A DNA stretch of 64,000 nucleotides from assembly GCA_002721995.1 (NCBI GenBank), contig PBMF01000040.1, forward strand, positions 8,382 through 72,381, read 5' to 3'. Source of the DNA: Chloroflexota bacterium (lineage in GTDB: Bacteria; Chloroflexota; Dehalococcoidia; Lucifugimonadales; UBA3495). The notes under the pieces were generated by a model, which searched no databases, had not been told where the DNA came from, and was given only the letters and a program-made list of their open reading frames with translations. The translations under genes and the position numbers were made by a program. Positions 30,722 to 40,547 of this stretch are shown here, one piece after another. Numbering within the stretch: position 1 is the first letter of the stretch; the number at the start of each line of letters is the position of its first letter.

Positions 30722-32251
30722 TCAGTAGTCGGTCTCGACGCCGCCTTCGGCGACGCGACGGGCAAGGAACTCGTCGAGTTCTTGGCGGCGGTCCTCGGGC
30801 ATCGGTGGCTCTTCATGGGCGGCGAGGACCTGGTGGGCCAGCTTCTCGGCGCGCTGGTGGGCCTCGAGGCGGCCCGTGTCGTCCCAGTTCTCGAAGTTGG
30901 TCCACGACGAGACCATCGGCTGGAAGTGCTCGGAGGTGTAGCGCTCCCGGGTGTGGGCGGTGCCGAAGAAGTGGCCGGCCGGACCGACCTCGGCGATGGC
31001 CTCGACGGCGAGCGTGGCGTCGTCGACCACGAGCGGCTTGAGCATCTCGGTGACGCCGTTGAGGAGGTCGGCGTCGATGATCATCTTCTCGTAGGAGGTG
31101 AGGAGGCCGCCCTCGAGCCAGCCGGCGCCGTGCAGCAGGAGGTTGACGCCGCCCATGACGGCGCCCCAGATGGCGATGACGCTCTCGTAGGCGGACTGGG
31201 CATCGACGCTGTTGGAGGCGTTGACGTTCGAGGAACGGAAGGGGAGCCGGTAGCGACGGGCCAACTGGCCGCTGACGAGGCAGGCCTTCCAGTACTCGGG
31301 GGTGCCGAAGGCGGGGCTGCCGGAGCGCATGTCGACGTTCGAGGTGAAGCCGCCGTAGCAGACGGGCGCGCCGGGTCGGACCACCTGGGTGTAGGCGATC
31401 CCGGCGAGGGCCTCGGCGTTCTGGAGAACGAGGGCGCCGGCGACGGTCACGGGGGCCATGGCGCCGGCCAGCGTGAACGGCGTGATGATGATCAGTTGGT
31501 TGCGGGCCGACATCTCCTGGATGCCGTGGAGCATCACGGTGTCGTAGCGCAGCGGTGTGCTGGCGTTGATCACCGAGTAGATCGAGGGCTGGTCGCAGAT
31601 GGTGACCTCGTCGACGCCGCGGGCGATGCGGGTCATCTCGATGGCGTCCAGGTTGCGCGGCCGACTGAGGCTGTAGACGAACGGGACCTTGTCCGAGAGC
31701 GTCAGCATGTCGTGGGTGGCCTCGAGGTGCCGGATGGACGGGTGCAGGTCCATGGGTTCGACGGGGTATCCCGCCACCGTGTGGATGGCGTTGAGGACCT
31801 GCCCCATCTTGATGAGGTTCCGGTAGTCGTCCCGGTTGCCGTCGCGCCGGTCGCGTCCCAGGCCGGTGACGAAGGGCGGGCTGGCAACCGACGTGTAGAT
31901 GATGTGGTCGCCGCCGAACACGAGGTCTCGGTGGGGGTCGCGGCCGTGCAGGGTGAACTGGTGTGGCGCCGTCGAGATCAGGCGTTCGACGAGGTCGGGG
32001 TCAAACCGGACCCGTTGGCCGTCGACGTCGGCGCCGGCGTCGGCCAACTGGCGGCAGGCGGTGTCGTCGAGGAAGTCGATGCCGGTCTCGGCGAGGACCC
32101 GCAGCGACGCCTGGTGGATGGCCTCGAGCTCGTCGTCGGACACGGCACGGATGGGGTCGAGCAGCATCCGGGGCTGCTCCCACGGTGGCTGTTCGGCGAT
32201 GACGTCGCGGACTTTGGGCCGGCTGCTGCGCTGCCCGCGGCGCGCACTCAT
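30722..32251 (-). CDS. MttB-superfamily (trimethylamine methyltransferase-like) protein, non-pyrrolysine type
   Basis: 509-aa uninterrupted ORF with no internal TAG. LSDDELEAIHQASLRVLAETGIDF near the N-terminus is typical of PF06253 members. Its ATG overlaps the iclR-type stop. Confidence 0.85.
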   Translation of the reverse strand: MSARRGQRSSRPKVRDVIAEQPPWEQPRMLLDPIRAVSDDELEAIHQASLRVLAETGIDFLDDTACRQLADAGADVDGQRVRFDPDLVERLISTAPHQFTLHGRDPHRDLVFGGDHIIYTSVASPPFVTGLGRDRRDGNRDDYRNLIKMGQVLNAIHTVAGYPVEPMDLHPSIRHLEATHDMLTLSDKVPFVYSLSRPRNLDAIEMTRIARGVDEVTICDQPSIYSVINASTPLRYDTVMLHGIQEMSARNQLIIITPFTLAGAMAPVTVAGALVLQNAEALAGIAYTQVVRPGAPVCYGGFTSNVDMRSGSPAFGTPEYWKACLVSGQLARRYRLPFRSSNVNASNSVDAQSAYESVIAIWGAVMGGVNLLLHGAGWLEGGLLTSYEKMIIDADLLNGVTEMLKPLVVDDATLAVEAIAEVGPAGHFFGTAHTRERYTSEHFQPMVSSWTNFENWDDTGRLEAHQRAEKLAHQVLAAHEEPPMPEDRRQELDEFLARRVAEGGVETDY

Positions 32252-33030
32252 CGTGTCTCCCCGGGGTTCGGCCGTTGCATCCCGGGCTGGTACCCGAGCT
32301 GCACCGAGACCTCGGCGGCGTGCCGTCGCACCAGTTGGGCGATGTCGTCGGCCCGGTCGTCGGGTGGGAAGCGGTAGGCGGGGCCGTATGCGTAGAGGGC
32401 GCCGACGGCGCGGCCGTCGGGCCCGACGATCGCCGAGGCGCAGCTGGTGAGACCGTCCACGTACTCGCCCTCCGACCAGGCGACGCGCTGCTCGACGGTG
32501 TCGGCGATCCGGGCCCGTAGGACGGCCGGGTCGGTGACGGTGCGGTCGGTGAACCGGGTGAGTTCGACGTCGAGGAAGGCGTCGAGCTCATCGACGGGCC
32601 AGGTCGCCAGGACGACGAGGCCGACCGAGCCGGCGTGGTGGGGGATCCGCTCGCCGGTCCAGTCCTCGACGCGGATGGGTTTGGGGCCGTCGACCTGGCG
32701 GATGGTCACGGTGTCGCGACCGACGACGATGGAGAGGCAGGCGGCTTCGTCGAGCTGCCGGGAGAGTTCCATGAGGTGGGGGTCGGCCATGGTCTGGAGG
32801 TCGACGACGGGGTCGGGCGTGCCGCGCATCTGACGGATCCGTCGGCCGATCCGGTAGGTGCCGTCGTCGTCGCGCTGGACGGCGTGTGCCTCCTCGAGGG
32901 TGGCGAGCAGCCGCGCCACCGTGCTGGTCGGCAGTTGGACGCGATCGGTGAGTTCGACGAGGCGCCCAGGTCGCCGGCCGATCTGGTCGAGGAGCGCGAG
33001 TGCGCGTTCGACGCTCTGCACGGTCTGCAT
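32248..33030 (-). CDS. IclR-family transcriptional regulator
   Basis: ORF track starts at TTG 33066. ATG 33030 gives MQTVQSVERALALLDQIG, the usual IclR HTH opening. C-terminal effector-domain length is appropriate. Confidence 0.85.
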   Translation of the reverse strand: MQTVQSVERALALLDQIGRRPGRLVELTDRVQLPTSTVARLLATLEEAHAVQRDDDGTYRIGRRIRQMRGTPDPVVDLQTMADPHLMELSRQLDEAACLSIVVGRDTVTIRQVDGPKPIRVEDWTGERIPHHAGSVGLVVLATWPVDELDAFLDVELTRFTDRTVTDPAVLRARIADTVEQRVAWSEGEYVDGLTSCASAIVGPDGRAVGALYAYGPAYRFPPDDRADDIAQLVRRHAAEVSVQLGYQPGMQRPNPGETR

Positions 33031-33038
33031 CGGCACAC

Positions 33039-33088
33039 AGAGTACCGATATACGGGAATCTGTCAATAAGTTTCCGCATAGCGGAAAC
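33039..33088 (-). promoter_or_regulatory. Candidate promoter plus palindrome upstream of the iclR-mttB operon
   Basis: Minus strand: palindrome gtttccgc-tat-gcggaaac (33070-33088), then TTGACA (33066-33061), a 16-nt spacer, TACTCT (33044-33039), and ATG at 33030 (near-leaderless). Locally AT-rich within ~70% GC DNA. The palindrome followed by ttatt could instead terminate the upstream operon. Confidence 0.35.
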
Positions 33089-33108
33089 CCAGGTGGAACA
33101 GCGCCGGG

Positions 33109-34335
33109 TCAGCCGTCGAGGCCCTCCGAGAACGGAATCGGATCGGGCTCGGGCATGAGGTGGAGGTCATCGCCCTCGTAGGGGTGTGCCCGGGCCACGT
33201 CCTCGTTCAGAACGACGCCGAGGCCGGGCTCCGACGAGGGGATGACGCGGCCGTCCTCCCAACGGATCGGTGTCTCCAACAGGTCGGCGTGGAAGCCGTC
33301 CCAGGTGCCGATGGATTCGAGGACCAGGAAGTTGGGCGTGCAGGTCGCCAGGGCGATGTTGGCGGCAGCCACCACCGGGCCGCAGTAGCAGTGGGGGGCG
33401 AGTACGGCATGGTGGACCTCGGCCACCGAGGCGATCTTCTTGCCCTGCAGGATCCCGCCGCTGCGGCCCAGGTCCGGTTGGAGGACCTGGGCGGCGCCGG
33501 CTCGCAGCACGGCGGCGAACTCCGAAAGTGTGGTCAGCCGCTCGCCCGTGGCGATCGGGATCGTGGTGCCGCGGGCCACGGCGGCCATGCCCTCGACGTC
33601 GTCGGGAGGTATGGGCTCCTCGAACCAGAGCGGGTCGTAGGGCTCGAGCCGCCGGGCCAGCCGCAGTGCCCCCGAGGGCGTGAACTGGCCGTGGGTGCCG
33701 AACAACAGGTCGGCCCGGTCGCCCACCGCCTCGCGGATCGCCGCCGTGTAGCGCTCGGAGAGGTCGAGGCGTTCGAGCGACGGCTGACGCCCGTCGTACA
33801 CCGTGTAGGGGCCGGCCGGGTCGAACTTGACGGCCGTGAAGCCCTGCTCGACGGCGGCGACCGCAGCGGCGGCGGCCAGGTCGGGGTCGGTGTAGAGGTT
33901 GGGGCCGTCCTTGGGGGCGTAGGCGTCGTCGCCGTCCGGATAGAGATAGGTGTACGAGCGCAGGCCCTCGTGGACCCGGCCACCCAGCAGGTCGTACACG
34001 GGCCGGCCGGTCTCCTTGCCGATGAGGTCCCAACAGGCCATCTCGAGGGCGCTCATCACGCCGCACAGGGTCGGGTCCGGCCGGGAGGCGTAGCCGCTCC
34101 CGTAGGCGCGCCGCCAGAAGGACTCGACGTCGAAGGGGCTCTGCCCGACCAGCCAGCGGTCGGCCACGTCCTCGATCATCCTGGCCACGAGGTGGGGGTC
34201 GAAGGTGGCGACGTAGGCCTCGCCGACGCCCTTCCCGCCGCTGTCGGTGGTGAGCGTCACGAAGATGAAGTAGCGGCCGCCGTGGCGCGGTGGCGGGTTG
34301 GCGACGACGAACGTCTCGACGTGGTCGATCCTCAT
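33109..34335 (-). CDS. Enolase-superfamily enzyme (mandelate racemase/muconate lactonizing enzyme family)
   Basis: Within ORF 33109..35166, ATG 34335 gives MRIDHVETFVVANPPP...SALEMACWDLIGKETGRPVYDLLGG. The ATG overlaps the upstream TGA (ATGA). Confidence 0.85.
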   Translation of the reverse strand: MRIDHVETFVVANPPPRHGGRYFIFVTLTTDSGGKGVGEAYVATFDPHLVARMIEDVADRWLVGQSPFDVESFWRRAYGSGYASRPDPTLCGVMSALEMACWDLIGKETGRPVYDLLGGRVHEGLRSYTYLYPDGDDAYAPKDGPNLYTDPDLAAAAAVAAVEQGFTAVKFDPAGPYTVYDGRQPSLERLDLSERYTAAIREAVGDRADLLFGTHGQFTPSGALRLARRLEPYDPLWFEEPIPPDDVEGMAAVARGTTIPIATGERLTTLSEFAAVLRAGAAQVLQPDLGRSGGILQGKKIASVAEVHHAVLAPHCYCGPVVAAANIALATCTPNFLVLESIGTWDGFHADLLETPIRWEDGRVIPSSEPGLGVVLNEDVARAHPYEGDDLHLMPEPDPIPFSEGLDG

Positions 34336-35456
34336 GGGCTGGCTCCCGGGTCGGTTCCGTTGGGCAGGACCACCGTCCGGAGCACCTCGCCACGGCGGAC
34401 CTCGTCGAAGGCGGCGTCGATGTCCTCGAGGGGATGCGTGGACGACACGAGGGCGTCGAGCTCGAGGTCGCCCGAGCGGTAGTGGCCGAGCAGGCGGGGG
34501 ACGTCCTCGGCCAGCCGGACGGTGCCCATCTTGGAGCCGAGGATTCGCTTGTTCGCCGCGGCCAGGAGCGAGGGGTCGACGTCGAAGGCGACGCCGTCCG
34601 GGGGCATGCCGACCAGTACGAGCGCTCCCATGGGCTCGAGCAGGTCGACGGCCCCGTCGAGGGCGGCGGGGTTGGCCGTGGTGACGAACACGTGGTCGGC
34701 CAGTCGGCCGCCGGTCGCCTGGCAGAGGGTTCCGGCCACGTCGCCGGCGACCGGGTCGACGGCGTGGGTGGCGCCGAATGCCAGCGCCGATGTGCGCTTG
34801 TCGGCCAGTGGGTCGACGGCCACGATCGGGTCGGCGCCGGCCAGGCGTGCCCCCTGGAGGGCACCGATGCCGACGCCTCCGCAGCCGACGACGACCACGG
34901 CGTCCCCGGCGGCCACACGTGCCGTGTTGTGGACCGAACCGGCACCGGTGAGCACACCGCAGGCCAGCAGCGATGCCGAGACGGCCGGAACGTCCTCCGG
35001 ATGGGCGACCAGTTGGGTGCGGTGGACGACGACCTGCTCGGCGAAGGCGCCGGTGTTGAGCCCCTGGGCGACTGGTTCGCCGACGGCGTCGGTGAGCAGC
35101 GGCCGCTCGTCGAGGGAGAAGTCGCCCGCGCAGGCCACGTGGTGGCCGCGGCGACAGGCCGGGCACTCGCCGCAGGTCCGGACGAGCGAGACCACCACCG
35201 GGTCACCGACGGCCAGGTCGTCGACGCCGGCACCGAGTTCGAGCACCCGGCCGGCGGCCTCGTGGCCCATCACCAGCGGGAAGTCCGTGGTCCAGCCACC
35301 GTCCACGTACATCAGGTCCGAGTGGCAGACGGCGCAGGCGTCGACGCGGACCCGCACCTCGCCGGGGCCGGGCGCGGCCAGGACCAGTTCCTCGATCGAC
35401 TGCGGTCCGCCCACGCCCCGGCAGACGGCCGCACGGATCGTGGTCCCCTCCGGCAC
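34332..35456 (-). CDS. Zinc-dependent alcohol dehydrogenase family (class III / formaldehyde-dehydrogenase-like)
   Basis: Within ORF 34332..36386, GTG 35456 gives (M)PEGTTIRAAVCRG. Zn motifs CAVCHSD, GHEAAG and CGECPACRRG. GxGxxG as VVGCGGVG. Confidence 0.85.
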   Translation of the reverse strand: MPEGTTIRAAVCRGVGGPQSIEELVLAAPGPGEVRVRVDACAVCHSDLMYVDGGWTTDFPLVMGHEAAGRVLELGAGVDDLAVGDPVVVSLVRTCGECPACRRGHHVACAGDFSLDERPLLTDAVGEPVAQGLNTGAFAEQVVVHRTQLVAHPEDVPAVSASLLACGVLTGAGSVHNTARVAAGDAVVVVGCGGVGIGALQGARLAGADPIVAVDPLADKRTSALAFGATHAVDPVAGDVAGTLCQATGGRLADHVFVTTANPAALDGAVDLLEPMGALVLVGMPPDGVAFDVDPSLLAAANKRILGSKMGTVRLAEDVPRLLGHYRSGDLELDALVSSTHPLEDIDAAFDEVRRGEVLRTVVLPNGTDPGASP

Positions 35457-35488
35457 GGCGCGGAACCTAGCCCAGGTGGGGCGCGGGC

Positions 35489-36499
35489 TCAGCCGAGGAC
35501 GAGTTCGGCGGCCTGGCGCAGCTGCTCGGGGGAGCGGGCTGCCACGTTGAGCATCGTGACCGGGCTGTCCTCCCAGGCGGCGAGGCGTTCCCGGATCCGG
35601 GCGGGTGGGCCGACGAGGCTGATCTCGTCGGCGAAGTCGGCGGGCACCGCCTCGATGGCCTCGTCGCGTCGACCTTCGAGGAAGAGCTCCTGGATGCGCA
35701 GGGCCTCCTCCTCGAAGCCCATCCGGGCCATGAGCTTGGTGTGGTAGTTCTGGCCCTTGGCGCCCATGCCGCCGATGTAGAAGCCCAGGCTGGCCCGGAC
35801 GGAAAACAGTCCGGCCTCGACGTCGTCGGTGACGTTGAAGGAGACGTTCACGGCGATCTCGAAGCCCTCCCGGCGACCGGCGATCTGGTCGGCGTAGACC
35901 TCCTGGCGCCAGGGGGAGTAGTAGAGCGGCAGCCAGCCGTCGGCGATTTCGGCGGTCTGGGTGACGTTCCTCGGTCCCTCGGCGCCGAGGAAGATCGGCA
36001 CATCGGTTCGCAGCGGGTGGGTCATCACCTTCAGCGGCTTGCCGAGCCCCGTCGAGCCTTCGCCGGTGTACGGCAGGGGCCAGAACTCGCCGTCGTTGCG
36101 GAGGTGCTCCTCTCGGGCGAAGGCCCGGCGCAGGATGTCGACGTACTCGCGGGTGCGGGCCAGAGGCCGGTTGGAGGGCTGCCCGTACCAACCCTCCACG
36201 ACCTGGGGGCCGGACACGCCGAGTCCGAGGATGAGGCGGCCGTTCGAGAGGTGGTCGAGGGTGACGGCGTGCATGGCGGTCGCCGTGGGCGTGCGGGCCG
36301 ACATCTGGACGATGCCGGTGCCGAGTCGGATTCGCTCGGTCTGGGAGGCCAGCCAGGCGAGTGGCGTGAAGGCGTCGGACCCCCACGACTCGGCGGTCCA
36401 GACGGCGTCGAACCCGAGCCGCTCTCCCTCCTGGACGAGGGGGACGAGGTCGGTCGGGGGCTGTGCCCCCCAGTAGCCGAGGGTCAGGCCGAGTTGCAT
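35489..36499 (-). CDS. LLM-class (F420-dependent-type) oxidoreductase
   Basis: ATG 36499 gives MQLGLTLGYWGAQPP...FDAVWTAESWGSDAFTPLAWLA...LGLGVSGPQVVEGWYG. Confidence 0.85.
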   Translation of the reverse strand: MQLGLTLGYWGAQPPTDLVPLVQEGERLGFDAVWTAESWGSDAFTPLAWLASQTERIRLGTGIVQMSARTPTATAMHAVTLDHLSNGRLILGLGVSGPQVVEGWYGQPSNRPLARTREYVDILRRAFAREEHLRNDGEFWPLPYTGEGSTGLGKPLKVMTHPLRTDVPIFLGAEGPRNVTQTAEIADGWLPLYYSPWRQEVYADQIAGRREGFEIAVNVSFNVTDDVEAGLFSVRASLGFYIGGMGAKGQNYHTKLMARMGFEEEALRIQELFLEGRRDEAIEAVPADFADEISLVGPPARIRERLAAWEDSPVTMLNVAARSPEQLRQAAELVLG

Positions 36500-36573
36500 G
36501 CCGTCATCGTCGCAGCGGACGGCGGGGTGGGCCAAGCCACCGGCGCTCCGGGCGCTGGCCTAGCCTCCCGGCG

Positions 36574-38640
36574 ATGGAGGGGTATCCCCGGCAGCAGGCC
36601 CGGACCCGGCGCTTCACCTGCGGGGCGCCCCGCACGGTGTCGGTGTCCGACGACGGGTCCCGGGTGCTGTTCCTGCGGTCGGCGGGGGGCGACAACCCGG
36701 TGAACGCCCTCTGGCGCCTCGATCCGGCGACGGGCGACGAGCACTTGGTCGCCGACCCGGACACCCTCCTCGCCGACGGCGGGCCGGAGACCGACCGTGA
36801 GCGGGCCCGCCGGGAGCGTGCCCGGGAGGTGGGCGGCGGGATCACCGCCTACGACGGCCTGCCCGACCTGTCCCGGGTGTGCTTCGTGCTGGCCGGGCGG
36901 GTGTTCCTCGCCGACGTCGACGAGGGTCGCGTGGTCGAGCTGGCCTCTAGCGGCGACGCCTTCGACCCCCGGCTGTCCCCCGACGGGGCGACCGTCGCCT
37001 ACGTGTCGGGCCGCGGCCTCTGGGCCACCGGCGCGGGCGGCGACCATCGGCTGATCGGCGGGACCACCGCGACGGTCTCGTGGGGGTCCGCCGAGTTCGT
37101 GGCCGGCGAGGAGATGGGTCGGATGCGCGGCCACTGGTGGGCGCCCGACGGCGGCAGCCTGCTGGTCGTCCGGGTGGACGAGGAGCCGGTCGCCGAGTGG
37201 TGGATCTCGGCGCCGGTCGACCCGGATGCGGCGCCGCGGGCGATCCGCTACCCGGCGGCCGGGACCGCGAACGCGGTGGTGGGCCTGGGCGTCGTGGCCC
37301 TCGATGGCTCGGTCGTGGACGTGGATTGGAGTCGGGACGGCGTTTTCGAGTACCTGGCCGGCGCCCAGTGGTGCGCCGACGGTCCACCGTTGCTGGTGGT
37401 GCAGTCACGCAACCAGCGCACCCTGGTCGTGCTGGAGGTCGAGGTCTCGGACGGTTCCACCAGCGAGGTGTACCGGGTGGAGGACGAGGCCTGGGTCGAA
37501 CTGGTCCCGGGGTCGCCGTGCCGGTGGGACGGGTCGCTCGCCACCGTCGAAGACCGGGACGGGGCCCGTCGGCTCGTGGTCGACGGCGAGGCGGTCACCC
37601 CCGACGGACTGCAGGTGCGGCGCATCGTCGGCGTGGACGGCGACCGGCTCGTGGTGTGTGCATCGTCGGATCCGCTGGACATAGATGTCGTGGCGTTCGG
37701 TCGCGACGGGACGGTCGACGTGTTGTCGTCGGGTGGTGGCGTGCGCAGCGCCGTGGTCGGCGGCGGCGTGTTGGCCGTGTCGGTGGCGGACCTCGAGCGC
37801 CCACGCCTCGAGATCGCGGGGCACGTCGTGGCCTCCCACGCCGAGGAGCCGGTCGTGTCGGCGATGCCGACGTTCCACGTGGTCGGGGAGCGGGACCTGC
37901 GAGCCGCGGTGCTCCTCCCCACGGACTGGTCGATCGAGGAAGGGTCGCCCCTGCCGGTGCTGCTCGACCCCTACGGCGGGCCGCACGCCCAGCGGGTGCA
38001 GCGGACCCGGGGGCAGTTTCTCACGTCGCAGTGGTTCGCCGACCGGGGGTTCGCGGTGGTCGTCACCGACGGCCGCGGCACGCCGGGTCGTGGCCCCGCT
38101 TGGGAGCGGGCGGTGCGGGGTGACCTGGCCGGCCCGGTGCTCGACGACCAGGTCGACGCCCTCCACGCACTAGCCGAGGCCGACGACCGCCTCGACCTGT
38201 CCCGGGTGGCGATCCGGGGCTGGTCGTTTGGCGGCTACCTCGCCGCCCTGGCCGTGCTCGCCCGCCCCGACGTGTTCCACGCCGCCGTGGCGGGGGCGCC
38301 GGTCACCGACTGGCGGCTCTACGACACGCACTACACCGAGCGCTACCTCGGCCACCCCGACGAGGAGCCGGACAACTATGGGTGCACCGACCTGTGTGCC
38401 CTGGCGGGGTCGCTGGGCGACGACGTGCCGGTGCGGCCGTTGCTGCTGGTGCACGGCCTGGCCGACGACAACGTGGTCGCCGCCCACACGCTGCAACTGT
38501 CACGGGCGCTGCTCGAGGCGGGCCGTCCCCACCGGGTGCTGCCACTCTCGGGCGTGACGCACATGACGCCCCAGGAGGACGTCGCCGAGAACCTCCTGCT
38601 GCTGCAGTTGGACTTTCTCAACGAGGCGCTGGGTCGCTGA
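36574..38640 (+). CDS. S9-family serine peptidase (dipeptidyl-peptidase IV-like: beta-propeller + alpha/beta hydrolase)
   Basis: ATG 36574 (MEGYPRQQART). C-terminal catalytic triad contexts GWSFGG, HGLADDNV and GVTHM. Confidence 0.85.
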   Translation: MEGYPRQQARTRRFTCGAPRTVSVSDDGSRVLFLRSAGGDNPVNALWRLDPATGDEHLVADPDTLLADGGPETDRERARRERAREVGGGITAYDGLPDLSRVCFVLAGRVFLADVDEGRVVELASSGDAFDPRLSPDGATVAYVSGRGLWATGAGGDHRLIGGTTATVSWGSAEFVAGEEMGRMRGHWWAPDGGSLLVVRVDEEPVAEWWISAPVDPDAAPRAIRYPAAGTANAVVGLGVVALDGSVVDVDWSRDGVFEYLAGAQWCADGPPLLVVQSRNQRTLVVLEVEVSDGSTSEVYRVEDEAWVELVPGSPCRWDGSLATVEDRDGARRLVVDGEAVTPDGLQVRRIVGVDGDRLVVCASSDPLDIDVVAFGRDGTVDVLSSGGGVRSAVVGGGVLAVSVADLERPRLEIAGHVVASHAEEPVVSAMPTFHVVGERDLRAAVLLPTDWSIEEGSPLPVLLDPYGGPHAQRVQRTRGQFLTSQWFADRGFAVVVTDGRGTPGRGPAWERAVRGDLAGPVLDDQVDALHALAEADDRLDLSRVAIRGWSFGGYLAALAVLARPDVFHAAVAGAPVTDWRLYDTHYTERYLGHPDEEPDNYGCTDLCALAGSLGDDVPVRPLLLVHGLADDNVVAAHTLQLSRALLEAGRPHRVLPLSGVTHMTPQEDVAENLLLLQLDFLNEALGR

Positions 38641-38685
38641 CCCTGTTCTCTCCCCGGGACCGCCACCAGCGGGGTGGGTCCAGAT

Positions 38686-39495
38686 TCACACCGCCGTCCA
38701 GCCGCCGTCGACGAGGAGGACGTGGCCGGTGAGGTAGGAGCCGGCATCGGAGGCCAGGAGCAGCAGGGCGCCGTCGAGTTCGTGTTCCCGGCCGCCGCGG
38801 CCCATGAGGGCGCCGGACTCGACATAGGCCCGCCCGGCGTCGTCATGGAACATGGCGTCGCTGTTCATCTCGGTCTCGAACCAGCCGGGGGCGAGCGCGT
38901 TGACGCGGATGCCCTTGCGGGCCCACTGGGCGGCGAGTTCCCGGGTGAGGTTGTGGATGCCACCCTTGGCGGTGGCGTAGCCGGCCAGGCGCAGCCGTCC
39001 ACCGGAGACCTCGCCCAGCACGGAGCCGATGTTGACGACCACGCCGGGGTAGTGGTTGGCGATCCACCAGCGGGCCGCCCGCCGGGCCAACTCGTAGGGG
39101 GCGATGAGGTCGACCTCGAGCTCGCGGCGGAACTCCTCGAGGTCGTCTTCGACGGCCGGCAGCACCCGCGAGAAGCCGGCGTTGTTCACGAGGACGTCCA
39201 GTCGGCCGTACCGGTCGACGGCGGCGTCCAGCAGCGACTGGGGACCGTCGGGGGCGGCCACGTCGCACTCGACGGCGAGGGCGTCGGGCAGGTCGGCGGC
39301 CAGGGCCTCGAGCCGGTCGATCCGCCGGGCGGCCAGCACGACCTTGGCTCCGACGCCGGCCAGCACCCGGGCGAAGCGTTCCCCGAGGCCGCTACTGGCC
39401 CCGGTGACGACGACGACCCGCCCGTCCAGCCGGAACCGGTCGAGCGCGCCCGAGGGAGAGGTGTCAGCGGGGGGAAGGTCAGGGGGGGAGCCCAT
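38686..39495 (-). CDS. SDR family oxidoreductase
   Basis: ATG 39495. VVVVTGASSGLGERFA, NNAG and YATAKGG (YxxxK). Confidence 0.85.
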   Translation of the reverse strand: MGSPPDLPPADTSPSGALDRFRLDGRVVVVTGASSGLGERFARVLAGVGAKVVLAARRIDRLEALAADLPDALAVECDVAAPDGPQSLLDAAVDRYGRLDVLVNNAGFSRVLPAVEDDLEEFRRELEVDLIAPYELARRAARWWIANHYPGVVVNIGSVLGEVSGGRLRLAGYATAKGGIHNLTRELAAQWARKGIRVNALAPGWFETEMNSDAMFHDDAGRAYVESGALMGRGGREHELDGALLLLASDAGSYLTGHVLLVDGGWTAV

Positions 39496-39506
39496 GCGGG
39501 CCGAGC

Positions 39507-40543
<1,037 letters not shown>

Positions 40544-40547
<4 letters not shown>

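Noticed and set aside
33167-35233. 688-aa and 685-aa ORFs spanning the enolase-superfamily and ADH genes as if they were one giant protein
   Set aside because: Only the C-terminal part of ORF 33109..35166 (from ATG 34335) is protein-like. The upstream portions read through the neighbouring gene out of frame.
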